64,000 bases of DNA from Actinomycetota bacterium (GTDB lineage Bacteria > Actinomycetota > Acidimicrobiia > Acidimicrobiales > JAJPHD01), in the NCBI GenBank assembly GCA_021325455.1, contig JAJPHD010000010.1, forward strand, positions 257,248 through 321,247, in the 5' to 3' direction. Shown here piece after piece: positions 34,876 to 45,841 of this stretch. The translations under genes were made by a program, and so were the position numbers. Position 1 is the first letter of the stretch. Every line of letters begins with the position of its first letter. The notes beneath the pieces are model-generated. The model was not told the origin of the DNA and did not search any database. It was given only the letters and a program-made list of their open reading frames with translations.

Positions 34876-37800
34876 TCATCTCGTCCCCGACACCACCAGG
34901 CGCTGACACTCCCGGACGGCCACCATGGCCTTGGCTATGTCCACCGGCCCCCCGGCCCGGATGTCGGCCATGACCCTCTGCACCCGGGTGGCGAGGGGTC
35001 CCGACGCCGCCAGCCACCGCTCCACCCGGTCCCGGGCCGGGGCGGCGGAATCCGTGGAGCGCAGGACGGCGAGCGTCATGGCCCGGTGCTGGTCGGCCAG
35101 GTCGTGGCGCAGGGCATCTCGGGCCAGGGTGGTCCACCGGCCCGAGCTCGGCAGCGCCGCCACCTGCTGATGAAGCCAGCGCAGGTCCAGGCGCTCACCC
35201 AGGACCAGCTGGACGGCGGCCACCGTGGCCAGGGCCTCGCCGGTGTCGCCAGCCACCTCCACCAGGTCGAAGACCATCCCCAGCGGGTCGAGCAGCCCCA
35301 CCCGCCGGGTGAGGTCGGCGACCGCCTCGTCGGCAGTGGTCCCCATCACGGCCCGGGCCGACCCGGACCAACCCACCTCGGTGAGGAGACCCGGCAGGGC
35401 CTCGGCCAGCTCGGAAGCCCCGGGGGCGAAGAAGGACACCTCCCCTGCCACGTCGACGGGAGGCAGCCGGTGCCGGAGGAGCCACCTCGTGGCCCGGCCC
35501 ACCTGGCGGCGCACCTCGAGGAACAGGGCGGTGCGGACCGGCCCGGGCAGCTCGGGGCCGGCGTCGTCCAGTCGGGCCCACAGGGCAGGGGCGCCCATGA
35601 CGTCCCGGCCCACCAGCCAGGCCCGGGCCAGGTTCGCCGGGCTGGCCCCCGTCTCCTCCTGCAGCCGGTACACGAAGGTGATCCCCTGGCGGTCGACCAG
35701 CTCGTTGCAGACCTGGTTGGCCACGATCTCGCGGCGAAGGGGATGGGAGTCGAGCCGGTCCCCGAAGCGCTCGACCAGGGCGGCCGGGAAGTAGCGGGCC
35801 AGCTCGCCGGCCAGGGCCGGGTCCTGGGGGAGGTCGGAGGCCAGGAGCTCCTCGTAGAGCAGGTTCTTGGTGTAGGCGAGCAGGACGGCCAGCTCCGGGG
35901 AGGTCAGCCCCTGGGCCTTGCCCGTGCCGCCGTCGGACTTCCACCGCTCCTCCAGCTCCTCGTCGGTGGGCAGGAACTCGAGGGCCCGGTTCAGATGGCC
36001 GGCGTGCTCCAGGGAGCGGATGTAGCGGCGGTGGACGTCGAGCTGCTCGGAGGCCTCGGCCACGGCGTTGGCCAGGGCCTGGGTCTGGCGCCTGTTGTCC
36101 GCCACGACGAGGGCGATCACGTCCTCGGCCATGCTGGCCAGGAGCTCGTTGCGGGCCTGGGTGGTGAGGTCCCCGCTGGCCACGATGCGGTCGAGGAGGA
36201 TCTTCAGGTTCACCTCGTGGTCCGAGCAGTCCACCCCGCCGGAGTTGTCGATGGCGTCGGTGTTGACCCGGCCGCCCGACAGGGCGAACTCGACCCTCGC
36301 CCTCTGGGTGAAGCCCAGGTTGCCCCCCTCGGCCACCACCCGGCAGCGCAGCTCGGAGGCATTGATGCGCACGCTGTCGTTGTGCTTGTCCCCCACGTCG
36401 GCGTGGCTCTCGTCGGTGGCCTTCACGAAGGTGCCGATGCCTCCGTTCCAGAACAGCTGCACCGGGGCCCGCAGGATGGCCTGGACGACCTCGTCAGGAG
36501 TGAGCACGTCGGCATCCACCCCCAGGGCGGCCTGCGCCTCGAGGGAGAGCGCCACGGACTTGGCGGCGCGTGAGTACACGCCCCCCCCAGGGGATATGAC
36601 CGACTGGTCGTAATCGGCCCAGGAGGAACGGGGAAGGCGGAACATCCTCTCCCTCTCCCGGTAGCTCGCCTCGGGGTCGGGGTTGGGGTCTATGAAGATG
36701 TGGCGGTGGTCGAAGGCGGCCACCAGCCTCAGGTGGCGGGAAAGGAGCATCCCGTTGCCGAACACGTCGCCCGACATGTCCCCGATGCCGACGACGGTGA
36801 GCTCCTCGTTGTCCGGGTCGATCCCGAGGTCGGCGAAATGGCGCCGCACCGACTCCCAGGCCCCTCGGGCCGTGATGCCCATGGCCTTGTGGTCGTAGCC
36901 CGTGGAGCCGCCGGAGGCGAAGGCATCCCCGAGCCAGTAGCCCCGCTCGAGGGCGATGCCGTTGGCGATGTCGGAGAACGTGGCCGTGCCCTTGTCCGCC
37001 GCCACCACCAGATAGGGATCGTCCCCGTCGTAGCGAACGACGCGGGGCGGTGGGACCACACGGCCGTCCTCCAGGTTGTCGGTGAGGTCCAACAGCCCCG
37101 ACATGAGGGTGCGGTACGAAGCCACCACCTCGGCGGCCAGCGACTCCCGGTCATCGGGGGGCTGGCGCACCACGAAGCCGCCCTTGCTGCCCACCGGCAC
37201 GATCACGGCGTTCTTCACCATCTGGGCCTTCATCAGGCCCAGGATCTCGGTCCGGTAGTCCTCCCGCCGGTCGGACCAGCGGATCCCGCCCCGGGCCACC
37301 CGGCCACCCCGGAGGTGGACCCCCTCGGTGCGGGGGCTGTACACGAATATCTCGAACATCGGGCGGGGCTCGGGCATCCCGGGGACCCGTCCGGGGTCGA
37401 GCTTGATGGCCAGGTACGGAGGAGGGCTCCCGCCGGGGACTTCCTGGTAGGCATTGGTGCGCACCGTGGCCAGGACGAGGCTGAGGAGGCTGCGCAGGAT
37501 GCGGTCCTCGTCCAGGCTGATCACGGCATCGATGGCCTTACGGGCCCGGCCCACGAGGTCCGCCGCGGCGGGGGCGCCACCCGGGGAGGCTCCCTGGCCG
37601 GAGGGATCGAAGCGGGCCTCGAACAGCTGCACCAGGAGCGTGGCCACCTCCGGGTGGCCCACCACCGCCTCCTGCACGTAAGCAGGGCTGAGGGTGGTGC
37701 CCACCTGACGCAGGTACCGGGAGTAGGCCCGCAGGATGCTGACCTGGCGCCAGTCCAGCCCGGCCTGCACGACCAGATGGTTGAAGCCGTCGTCCTCGGC

Positions 37801-39897
37801 CTCCCCCCTCCACACGGCCAGGAAGGCCTCCTGGAAGCGCCGCCCCGCCTCCGCGCTGGTGAGCTGTCCCACCTGGTCGGTGCGCAGGCCGAAGTCGTAG
37901 ACCCACCTTCTGTCGCTCCCGATGGACACCTCGTAGGGGCGCTCGTCGCTCACCAGCACCCCCATGTGCTCCAGCCGGGGCAGCAGCCTGGAGACCAGAA
38001 GGGGCGTGCCGGTCCGGTAGATCTTGAGACGGGCCGTCCCGGGGGCGCCGCGGCTGGGGTGGTACAGGTCGATGCCGATGTCCCCCTCGGGGTCCAGGGA
38101 CTCCAGGCGCTTGATGTCCTCCACGGCCACCCGGGCCGGGAAGTCCGCCCGGTACCCGGGGGGGAAGCCCTCGCCGTACCGGTGGAAGAGGTGCAGGCCA
38201 AGCCCCTCCCCCAGCTGGGCCACGAGGGCATCCCGCAGGTCGTCGACCCAGGTGCGGGTGAGGGCCACCAGGCGCTGCTCGATGACGGCCACGTCGGGCT
38301 CCGGCCCCGGGGCCAGCCCTGCCCGGCCCCCACCTCCGGGCCCTTCCCCGGTCCCCGGCTGCTGGGGCCCGGGAGGGGCCGGCAGGTAGACCATGACATG
38401 GAGGCGGGCCAGCACCGATTCGCCCAGGTGGACCTGGCACTCCGCCGAGGCCCCCCCCAGGGCCTCGGTCAGCACCCCTTGGATACGGCGCTCGGTATCG
38501 GTGTCGAGCCGGTCCCGGGGCACGAAGACCAGGCAGGAGAAGTACCGCCCGTAGCGGTCGGGGCGCAGGAACAGCTTGACCCGCTGGCGCTCCTGGAGGG
38601 AGCAGATCCCCATGGCGGTCTCGTACAGCTCGTCCTCGGTGACCTCGAACAGCTCGTCCCGGGGATAGGTCTCGAGGATGGCCCGCAGCTCCTTGCCGCT
38701 GTGGCTGGCGGGGGGGAACCCCGCCCTTTCCACCACCCCCCGCACCCGCTGGCGGACAACCGGGATCTCGGCAGGGTGGGTCTGGTACACGACAGACGTG
38801 TAGAGGCCGAGGAACCGCCGCTCGCCGACCCTGCGGCCCTGGGTGTCGTAGCGCGTCACCCCCACGTAGTCCAGGTGGGAGGGGCGGTGGACGGTCGACA
38901 GGGCCAGGGCCTTGGTGAGCACGAGGGGCTCGCCGGGCAGGCGGCCGGCAGGGACGTCCCCCGCCAGCACCACCTCGGGGGTTGCCGTGCCCGCAGGAAC
39001 AGAAAGGGCCCCCGGGGGCGGGTCACCACTGCCTGCAGCAGCAGCCCCGACCCCCTGCCCCCGGCGGTCCCCCAGGATCCCGAGGCCGGTCCCGGGTACC
39101 GCCACCAGGCAGTCCCCGGCCTCGAGGCGGTACTCGCGGTAGCCGAGGAAGGTGAAGTGGCCGCCGGCCAGCCAGCGGAGGAAGGCGGCCGACTCGGCCA
39201 GCTGCCCGGCATCGGGCCGGTCCTCAGCGCGGGGGGGACGGCCGGCGGCGGCCTCGAGCTCCCTGGCCGCCTCTTCCAGCGCATCGAGCATGGCCGGCCA
39301 GTCCTCGACGGCGGCCCGCACGTCGCCTTCCACCGCCCGCAGGTCCTCCTCCAGACCCTTCAGGCCGTCCTCGTCACCCTGGCGGTCGAACTCGACGTGC
39401 ACGAAGGACTCCGGGCTGGCGCCGTCGGCTCGCTCGGGATGGGCGGGGTCCTTGAAGGGCACCACGCCTGTGGGGCGGCCGGTCCCGTCCCGCTGCACGC
39501 CCAGGACGGGGTGGATGACCAGGTGCATCCCGAGCCCGCGCCGGGTGAGGGCCATGCGGATGGAATCGACCAGGAAGGGGAAGTCCTCGTCCACGAACTG
39601 CACCACGCTGTGTGGTGATCGCCAGCCGTCCCGCTCCCTCTCGGGGGTGTAGGCCCGGATCGCCGGTCCCCCGGGCCGGCGTTCCCGGGCCAGGAGCCAG
39701 TGGGCCCAGGCCGCGCCGAACAGGTCTTCGGGGCTTCGGGCTTCCAGGTCCTCGACCGGCATCCTGGCGTAGTACATGGGCAGAAGGGCCTCCGCCTGTT
39801 GGCGGTCGGCTCCAGCCAGGCGCTCCCTCGCCACCGAGGCCACGCTGTCGAGTACGCCGGCCCGGCGAGCGTCGTCCCTTGACACCCCCAACGTCAT
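34876..39897 (-). CDS. gdh: NAD-specific glutamate dehydrogenase, large (~180 kDa) type
   Basis: A 1673-aa ORF with Bac_GDH-type architecture. The catalytic core contains GGIRWSDR and VPVGSKGGFV. Confidence 0.95.
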   Translation of the reverse strand: MTLGVSRDDARRAGVLDSVASVARERLAGADRQQAEALLPMYYARMPVEDLEARSPEDLFGAAWAHWLLARERRPGGPAIRAYTPERERDGWRSPHSVVQFVDEDFPFLVDSIRMALTRRGLGMHLVIHPVLGVQRDGTGRPTGVVPFKDPAHPERADGASPESFVHVEFDRQGDEDGLKGLEEDLRAVEGDVRAAVEDWPAMLDALEEAARELEAAAGRPPRAEDRPDAGQLAESAAFLRWLAGGHFTFLGYREYRLEAGDCLVAVPGTGLGILGDRRGQGVGAAAAGSGDPPPGALSVPAGTATPEVVLAGDVPAGRLPGEPLVLTKALALSTVHRPSHLDYVGVTRYDTQGRRVGERRFLGLYTSVVYQTHPAEIPVVRQRVRGVVERAGFPPASHSGKELRAILETYPRDELFEVTEDELYETAMGICSLQERQRVKLFLRPDRYGRYFSCLVFVPRDRLDTDTERRIQGVLTEALGGASAECQVHLGESVLARLHVMVYLPAPPGPQQPGTGEGPGGGGRAGLAPGPEPDVAVIEQRLVALTRTWVDDLRDALVAQLGEGLGLHLFHRYGEGFPPGYRADFPARVAVEDIKRLESLDPEGDIGIDLYHPSRGAPGTARLKIYRTGTPLLVSRLLPRLEHMGVLVSDERPYEVSIGSDRRWVYDFGLRTDQVGQLTSAEAGRRFQEAFLAVWRGEAEDDGFNHLVVQAGLDWRQVSILRAYSRYLRQVGTTLSPAYVQEAVVGHPEVATLLVQLFEARFDPSGQGASPGGAPAAADLVGRARKAIDAVISLDEDRILRSLLSLVLATVRTNAYQEVPGGSPPPYLAIKLDPGRVPGMPEPRPMFEIFVYSPRTEGVHLRGGRVARGGIRWSDRREDYRTEILGLMKAQMVKNAVIVPVGSKGGFVVRQPPDDRESLAAEVVASYRTLMSGLLDLTDNLEDGRVVPPPRVVRYDGDDPYLVVAADKGTATFSDIANGIALERGYWLGDAFASGGSTGYDHKAMGITARGAWESVRRHFADLGIDPDNEELTVVGIGDMSGDVFGNGMLLSRHLRLVAAFDHRHIFIDPNPDPEASYRERERMFRLPRSSWADYDQSVISPGGGVYSRAAKSVALSLEAQAALGVDADVLTPDEVVQAILRAPVQLFWNGGIGTFVKATDESHADVGDKHNDSVRINASELRCRVVAEGGNLGFTQRARVEFALSGGRVNTDAIDNSGGVDCSDHEVNLKILLDRIVASGDLTTQARNELLASMAEDVIALVVADNRRQTQALANAVAEASEQLDVHRRYIRSLEHAGHLNRALEFLPTDEELEERWKSDGGTGKAQGLTSPELAVLLAYTKNLLYEELLASDLPQDPALAGELARYFPAALVERFGDRLDSHPLRREIVANQVCNELVDRQGITFVYRLQEETGASPANLARAWLVGRDVMGAPALWARLDDAGPELPGPVRTALFLEVRRQVGRATRWLLRHRLPPVDVAGEVSFFAPGASELAEALPGLLTEVGWSGSARAVMGTTADEAVADLTRRVGLLDPLGMVFDLVEVAGDTGEALATVAAVQLVLGERLDLRWLHQQVAALPSSGRWTTLARDALRHDLADQHRAMTLAVLRSTDSAAPARDRVERWLAASGPLATRVQRVMADIRAGGPVDIAKAMVAVRECQRLVVSGTR

Positions 39898-40034
39898 GGT
39901 TGGGCTCCCTTCTCTGGCGGACGCCCTTGTCCGCTGCCGGCGAACCCCGTCGTCCGCCGCCTGCTGAGGAGCCTACCCCTCTGCTTTGCCGAGCCTGACC
40001 CTGGCCCTCGGCATCCCTCAGGGGGGGGATAGCC

Positions 40035-41396
40035 ATGACCCCCCTCCCGGCGTGCCAGCATGGTGCGGTGAGCGAGGGCACGAGGCGCGCCCCCATGACC
40101 GTCCTCGGTCGGCCGGCGGCCGGGCCCGCCCACCCTGATCCGGCCCGCCGGTGCCCCGGGGACCCCGACGGCATGGGTCCGTCGCCCTTCCCCGCCGCCG
40201 AGGGCGGCGCAGGGGCCGACCGCGCCGGGGGGCATGCCGCTCCGCCCGTCCGCTGGTGGCAGTGGCACCGCCGGGCCCGCCAGTGGCACGGCCGGCTCCA
40301 TCACCGCCACCAGGTCCTGCTGCGCAAGTCCCTGCGCAGGGGGGTCCTCGGGTTCCTCATGGCGCTCGTCGTCGAGTACCTCGTCCTCCCCCAGCTGGCT
40401 GGCGCCCATCGGGACCTGCACCTGATCGCCGGCATCAACATCGGCTACGCCCTGCTGGGCCTGGTGCTCGAGGCAGGTGCCCTCCTGGCCTATGCCGCTC
40501 TGACCCGGGCCGTCCTCCCCCCGGGCTCCCTGCCCCTCACCAGGATCCTGCGCATCGACCTCTCCAGCCTGGCCGTGAGCCATGTCCTTCCGGGAGGCAC
40601 GGCGGGGGGGGCAGGGGTCGGCTACCGCCTCCTCTGCGATTCGGGGGTGAGGGGGACCGACGTCGGGTTCGCGATGGCCACCCAGGGGATCGGCTCGGCC
40701 GTGGTCCTCAACGTGATCCTCTGGTTCGCCCTCCTGATCTCCATCCCTCTCCGGGGCTTCAATCCGCTCTACGCCACGGCTGCGCTGCTCGGGGTGCTGC
40801 TATTCGGGGCCTTCGCCGCCCTGGTCCTCCTGCTCACCAGGGGCGAGGAGCACGCCGTCAAGCTCCTGCCCGCCCTGGCCCGTCGGGTCCCCTACCTGAA
40901 GGAGGAGACCGTCACGACGGTGGTCCGCCGGCTCGCCGCCCGCCTCCGCGAGCTGGCCAGCGACCGCCGCCTGCTGCTCAGGGCGATCGGCTGGGCCACG
41001 GCGAACTGGCTGCTCGACGCCGCCTCCCTGTGGGTGTTCCTCCTCGCCTTTCACCAGGTGGCGGACCCCGACTCGCTGCTCGTGGCCTACGGCCTGGCCA
41101 ACGTGCTGGCCGCCATCCCCGTGACGCCCGGTGGCCTCGGTGTCGTGGAGGGGGTGCTGATCCCGGTCCTGGTGGGCTTCGGCTCCCCCCGGGGCATAGC
41201 CATCCTCGGCGTGATCGCCTACCGCCTGGTCAACTTCTGGCTGCCCATCCCCGCCGGGGCCGCTGCCTATCTCTCCTTGAAGATGGAGCGTGGGGCCCCT
41301 CGCCGGAGATGGCTTCCCCCGTTCCGGCGGCCTCCCGAGGTGGGCCGCACCCGCCCCGCTCGGGACCGCAGCGACCAGCTGGCCGGCCGGGCCTGA
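40035..41396 (+). CDS. flippase-like / lysyl-PG-synthase-TM (UPF0104) family membrane protein
   Basis: A multi-TM body carries LPGGTAGGAGVGYRLL and PVTPGGLGVVEG. The first ~100 codons are P/R/G-rich, so the true start may be downstream. Confidence 0.7.
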   Translation: MTPLPACQHGAVSEGTRRAPMTVLGRPAAGPAHPDPARRCPGDPDGMGPSPFPAAEGGAGADRAGGHAAPPVRWWQWHRRARQWHGRLHHRHQVLLRKSLRRGVLGFLMALVVEYLVLPQLAGAHRDLHLIAGINIGYALLGLVLEAGALLAYAALTRAVLPPGSLPLTRILRIDLSSLAVSHVLPGGTAGGAGVGYRLLCDSGVRGTDVGFAMATQGIGSAVVLNVILWFALLISIPLRGFNPLYATAALLGVLLFGAFAALVLLLTRGEEHAVKLLPALARRVPYLKEETVTTVVRRLAARLRELASDRRLLLRAIGWATANWLLDAASLWVFLLAFHQVADPDSLLVAYGLANVLAAIPVTPGGLGVVEGVLIPVLVGFGSPRGIAILGVIAYRLVNFWLPIPAGAAAYLSLKMERGAPRRRWLPPFRRPPEVGRTRPARDRSDQLAGRA

Positions 41397-41416
41397 GGAC
41401 TGGGCCGGGCGGCGCC

Positions 41417-42139
41417 TCAGCTCCTGCGCCTCAGCTCCTCGAGGGCGGCATCGAGGGCGTCGAGCTCCCCGGTGATGCTGGCGCCGGCGCGCCCTGGGGC
41501 AGGGTCCGAGAGGCTCACCGGGGCCTGCGGCCAGGCGGCTGCCCGAGCGGGCCCGAGGGTCGTGGGCGCCTCGAGAGGGCGATCCCCCGGTGCCACCCTC
41601 TCACCGGGCTGCTCCACGGACATCTCCCAGGCCCTCAGGGTGCCCACCAGCCGTCTAGCCAGCCCCTCCAGGGTCGCCACCTCGCCGGCCAGGTCCCGGA
41701 GGATGGCCAGGCGGAGCCCTCGGGGCTGGCCCCTCGACTGGAGGAGACGTCTGTCGATGGCTGCGGCCAGGTCCTCCAGCTCGACCACGGGCGCCACCCA
41801 CGCCGGCCAGCAGCTGGGGTCCCAGGCGGCCCGGAGCCTCCGGCGGGCCCGCCAAGCATGGAGAGGCCCCCGGCCCGGCTCCGGCTGGGGCGGCCATCCG
41901 GGCGGCCGGGCCAACCTCACCCAGCGCACGGCCGTCACCAACCGCCGGTGGAGGACGGCAGCGGGCCCAGGGGACCACCGCCAGAGGAGAGGGACCCGGT
42001 CCCCCGGGCGGAGGAGGATCGGCTCTCGCCACCTGCGCACGGCACCCGTGACCGCCAATGCGGCCGCGACCATGCCCCACACCACGAGGGCCAGCACCAC
42101 TGCCAGAGTCACCTCGAGGCCGGTGAGGATGCCAATCAC
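41417..42139 (-). CDS. hypothetical membrane-anchored protein (240 aa)
   Basis: GTG start, an N-terminal TM segment, a W/R-rich body and high GC3. It lies downstream of ppk1 on the same strand. No family was recognised. Confidence 0.4.
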   Translation of the reverse strand: MIGILTGLEVTLAVVLALVVWGMVAAALAVTGAVRRWREPILLRPGDRVPLLWRWSPGPAAVLHRRLVTAVRWVRLARPPGWPPQPEPGRGPLHAWRARRRLRAAWDPSCWPAWVAPVVELEDLAAAIDRRLLQSRGQPRGLRLAILRDLAGEVATLEGLARRLVGTLRAWEMSVEQPGERVAPGDRPLEAPTTLGPARAAAWPQAPVSLSDPAPGRAGASITGELDALDAALEELRRRS

Positions 42140-42193
42140 CGCCCCGAGCCTACCTGGCGACGCTCATGCCCTCCGGGTGGCGGCCGGCAGGGC

Positions 42194-44308
42194 TCATGCC
42201 CGCCGGGTGGCCGCCAGGCTGTCCGGCTCCCGCCGGCGGCGGGCTCGTTCCACGGCCAGCTCCTGGAGCCGCCGCTGGACCGAGAACCCCTTGAGGCAGG
42301 GCACCCTCTGCCACGTCCCGTCCGCCTGGAGGGCCCAGGAGTTGGTGTCGTCAGCCAAGTTGAGGTCGAGGACCTCCGCCAGGCGCTCGGCCAGCTCCGG
42401 GTCCACCACGGGCACCAGAGCCTCCACCCGGCGGTCCAGGTTGCGCCCCCGCATGTCCGACGAGCCGATCAGCACCTGCAACGGCCTCCCGTTCACCCCA
42501 CCAAAGGCAAAGATCCGGGAGTGCTCCAGGAAGCGCCCCACGATGGAGCGAACCCGGATGGTCTCTGACAGCCCGGGGACACCCGGACGCAGCACGCAGA
42601 TGCCGCGCACTATGAGGTCGATGGGCACCCCGGCCCTTGACGCCTCGTAGAGGGCATCGACCACGGCGGGGTCGTCCAGCCCGTTGAGCTTCATGATCAC
42701 CCGGCCCTCGGGGCCGGCCACGGCCTCGGCCCGGATCAGCTCGATCATGCGGGACCGGACCGACATGGGCGCCAGGACCAGGCGCCGGTACCGGGCCTGG
42801 CGGCTGTAGCCGGTCAGGAAATTGAACAGGTCGGTGAGGTCGGCCCCGAGGTTGGGGTCGGCGGAGAGGAGGCCCACGTCCTCGTACTCATGGGCGGTGT
42901 CCGCGTTGTAGTTCCCGGTACCTATGTGGCAGTAGCGCCTGACCCCGTCCTCCTCCTCCCGCACGACCAGGGCGGCCTTGCAGTGGGTCTTGAGCCCGAC
43001 CAGGCCATACACGACGTGAACCCCGGCCTCCTCGAGGGCCCGGGCCCAGGCGATGTTGGCCTGCTCGTCGAAGCGGGCCTTGAGCTCCACCAGGACCGCC
43101 ACCTGCTTACCCTCCTCGGCGGCCCGGATGAGGGCAGCCACGATCCTGCTCTCCCCGGAGGTGCGATAGAGGGTCTGCTTGATGGCCAGCACCGCAGGAT
43201 CTGCGGCGGCGCTGGTGATGAAGGCCTCGACCGAGGTCGTGAAGGAGTCGTAGGGGTGGTGGACAAGGATGTCACGTTCCCTGAGCACGGCGAAGAGGTC
43301 CGTCGGCTCGTCCCCGGCGGTGGCCAGGCCCGGGGGCGTCATCGGGGCCCAGGGCGGATCGTGCAGGTCGGGGCGGTCCAGCGCCTGCACGGCCCACAGC
43401 CCCGAGAGGTCGAGCGGCCCCCTCACCTCGTAGACGTCCTCGGAGCCGATCTCCAGCTCCCTCATGAGCAGGTCGCGAACCTCGTCCCCCGCCCCGGGCT
43501 CCAGCTCCAGGCGCACGGCCCGGCCGAAGCGGCGCCGGCGGAGCTCCATCTCCACGGCTACGAGCAGGTCGTCGGCCTCCCCCTCCTCCGGGGTGAGGTC
43601 GGCGTTGCGCGTGACGCGGAACGGGTGGTGGGCGACGATCTGCATGTCCGGGAAGAGCGCTCCGAGGTGGGCAGCGATGAGCTGCTCCAGGGGCACGAAG
43701 CGCTCCCCGTCGGGCAGGACGACGAAGCGGGGGAGGAGGGGGGGCACCTTGACCCGGGCGAAGCGTCGCTCGGCGCTCACGGGGTCGAGCACCCAGACCC
43801 CCAGGTTGAGGGAGAGGCTGGAGATATAGGGAAAGGGGTGCCCAGGGTCGACCGCCAGCGGGGTGAGAACGGGGAAGATCCGCTCGTAGAACACGTTCAC
43901 CAGCTCGCTGCGGTCCCCTTCGTCCAGAGCCTCCCAGCTGGAGAGCCGCACTCCGGCCCGGGCCAGGGCGGGGACCACCTCGCCGAGGAAGATCTCGCCC
44001 TGGCGAGCCAGCAGCTCCTCCACCTTGGAGCGGATGTCCCTCAGCTGCTCCTGAGGGGTGCGGCCGTCCGGGGACCTGGCCCTCAGGCCCGCGGCCATCT
44101 GGTCCTTGATGGCTGCCACCCGGACCTGGAAGAAGGTGTCAAGCTGGGTGCTGAATATGGCCAGGAACTTGACCCGCTCCAGGAGCGGGACCTGGGGGTC
44201 CCCGGCCAGGTCGAGGATGCGGCCGTTGAGATCCAGCTCGGACAGGTCGCGGTTCAAGAACCTGGGCCCTACATCGGCCTGGGTGACGGCCTGGACCTCG
44301 ATCGCCAT
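42194..44308 (-). CDS. ppk1: polyphosphate kinase 1
   Basis: FLNRDLSELDLNGRIL and HCKAALVVR...YCHIGTGNYN are present. The start is ATG 44308 (MAIEVQ). Confidence 0.95.
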   Translation of the reverse strand: MAIEVQAVTQADVGPRFLNRDLSELDLNGRILDLAGDPQVPLLERVKFLAIFSTQLDTFFQVRVAAIKDQMAAGLRARSPDGRTPQEQLRDIRSKVEELLARQGEIFLGEVVPALARAGVRLSSWEALDEGDRSELVNVFYERIFPVLTPLAVDPGHPFPYISSLSLNLGVWVLDPVSAERRFARVKVPPLLPRFVVLPDGERFVPLEQLIAAHLGALFPDMQIVAHHPFRVTRNADLTPEEGEADDLLVAVEMELRRRRFGRAVRLELEPGAGDEVRDLLMRELEIGSEDVYEVRGPLDLSGLWAVQALDRPDLHDPPWAPMTPPGLATAGDEPTDLFAVLRERDILVHHPYDSFTTSVEAFITSAAADPAVLAIKQTLYRTSGESRIVAALIRAAEEGKQVAVLVELKARFDEQANIAWARALEEAGVHVVYGLVGLKTHCKAALVVREEEDGVRRYCHIGTGNYNADTAHEYEDVGLLSADPNLGADLTDLFNFLTGYSRQARYRRLVLAPMSVRSRMIELIRAEAVAGPEGRVIMKLNGLDDPAVVDALYEASRAGVPIDLIVRGICVLRPGVPGLSETIRVRSIVGRFLEHSRIFAFGGVNGRPLQVLIGSSDMRGRNLDRRVEALVPVVDPELAERLAEVLDLNLADDTNSWALQADGTWQRVPCLKGFSVQRRLQELAVERARRRREPDSLAATRRA

Positions 44309-44473
44309 GACCCCGGACAGGCTACCGCCCCGCAGGGCCCCGGCCTCCCCGTGCGCCGCCGCCTCCCGGCCCGGCCCGGCTAGGGTCGCCCTGGCGCCGG
44401 GGACCACGGGCCGCCAGACCGACCGGCTGGCCGGGACGAGCGGCCCGGTGGGATCCCCCGCCCTGGACCAACC

Positions 44474-45841
44474 ATGAGCGCCACCGTTACCAGTGCCGAC
44501 CGCCTACCCCGGGCCGAGAGGCGCTGGCGGGCCAAGCCCCGCCGGCGCACCGAGCTGGGGCTGCTCGCCATGGCCTGGCTCATCATCGTCTTTGCCTACG
44601 TCCTGGCCTCCCTCGCCACGAGCGCCTCCATCCCCTCCCACATCGGGGTCTTCCTGGGCGTGCTCATCGGGCTCACGCTCGTCCCCCACCTCGCCAACCG
44701 CTGGCTGGCGCCGGAGGCCAACGGCTTCATCCTCCCCATCGTCGTGCTGCTCAACGGCCTGGGCTGGGTGATGATCGCCCAGCTGGACACCATCCCGGCC
44801 ATCAGGCAGACCTCCGGCTCCCGGCTGGCCGCCCTGCAAGCCATGTGGACGGCCATAGGCGTGGTCCTCTACGTGGCCACCCTGCTCGTGGTGCGCCACA
44901 GCCGGGACCTGGCTCGGTACCGGTACCTCATCGGCCTCATCGGCATCGGGCTGCTCGTGACCCCGCTCGTGCCCGGGCTGGGTGAGAGCATCTACGGGTC
45001 CCGCCTGTGGATCCACGTCGGGCCCATCAGCTACCAGCCCGTCGAGCTGGCGAAGCTGGCGCTGGTGATCTTCTTCGCCTCCTACTTCGCCGAGAAGCGC
45101 GAGCTGCTCGCCCACCCCACGGTGCGGGTCGGCAACCAGCTGCTTCCCGACCCGAGGCCGTTCGGCCCCGTGCTGCTGGCTTGGGGCTTCGCCATCCTCA
45201 TCATCGCCGCCGAGCACGACATCGGCTTCGCCCTGCTCATGTTCATGCTGTTCATGATCATGCTCTGGATGGCGACGGGGCGGCTCACCTACATGGTCAT
45301 CGGCGCTGTTCTCTTCGTGGGGGCCACCTTCATCGGCCTCCACCTCTTCGGCCAGGCCGCCGAGCGGATAACGGTGTGGCTCCATCCCTTCCAGCACGCC
45401 AACACCACGGGCTACCAGCTGGTGCAGGGCGAGTACGCCCTGGGCAGCGGTGGCCTGACCGGCCAGGGGTGGGGAATGGGCCAACCCCAGCTCATACCGG
45501 TGGTGGTGAGCGACATGATCTTCGCCGCCTTCGGAGACGAGCTGGGGCTCCTGGGCACCACCGCCCTCATCGTGGCCTACGTGCTGTTGATAGGCGCCGG
45601 CCTGCGCATAGCCCTCTCCCACCGCTCCGGCTTCTCCAAGCTGCTGGCGGCCGGCCTCACCGTGATCATCGCCCTCCAGGCCTTCATAATCATGGCCGGC
45701 ATCACCCGCCTCCTACCCCTGACCGGCATCACCCTGCCCTTCGTCGCCTACGGCGGGTCGTCCCTCGTCGCCAACTACATCCTCATAGGGATGCTCATGC
45801 GGCTCTCCTCCGAGTCCGCCTCCCTCCCCTCTCGCCCCTGA
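44474..45841 (+). CDS. SEDS-family peptidoglycan glycosyltransferase (FtsW/RodA type)
   Basis: 10-TM architecture with SDMIFAAFGDELGLLG and LPLTGITLPFVAYGGSS. Confidence 0.9.
   Translation: MSATVTSADRLPRAERRWRAKPRRRTELGLLAMAWLIIVFAYVLASLATSASIPSHIGVFLGVLIGLTLVPHLANRWLAPEANGFILPIVVLLNGLGWVMIAQLDTIPAIRQTSGSRLAALQAMWTAIGVVLYVATLLVVRHSRDLARYRYLIGLIGIGLLVTPLVPGLGESIYGSRLWIHVGPISYQPVELAKLALVIFFASYFAEKRELLAHPTVRVGNQLLPDPRPFGPVLLAWGFAILIIAAEHDIGFALLMFMLFMIMLWMATGRLTYMVIGAVLFVGATFIGLHLFGQAAERITVWLHPFQHANTTGYQLVQGEYALGSGGLTGQGWGMGQPQLIPVVVSDMIFAAFGDELGLLGTTALIVAYVLLIGAGLRIALSHRSGFSKLLAAGLTVIIALQAFIIMAGITRLLPLTGITLPFVAYGGSSLVANYILIGMLMRLSSESASLPSRP

Noticed and set aside
36700-39618. 972-aa ORF on the plus strand, plus several other long ORFs (35086..36573, 36068..36613)
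   Set aside because: It is entirely antisense to the 1673-aa NAD-GDH gene, which has clear family motifs. Its composition is dominated by G/A/P/R/H/V with no recognisable domain. This is the expected shadow ORF of a high-GC gene.
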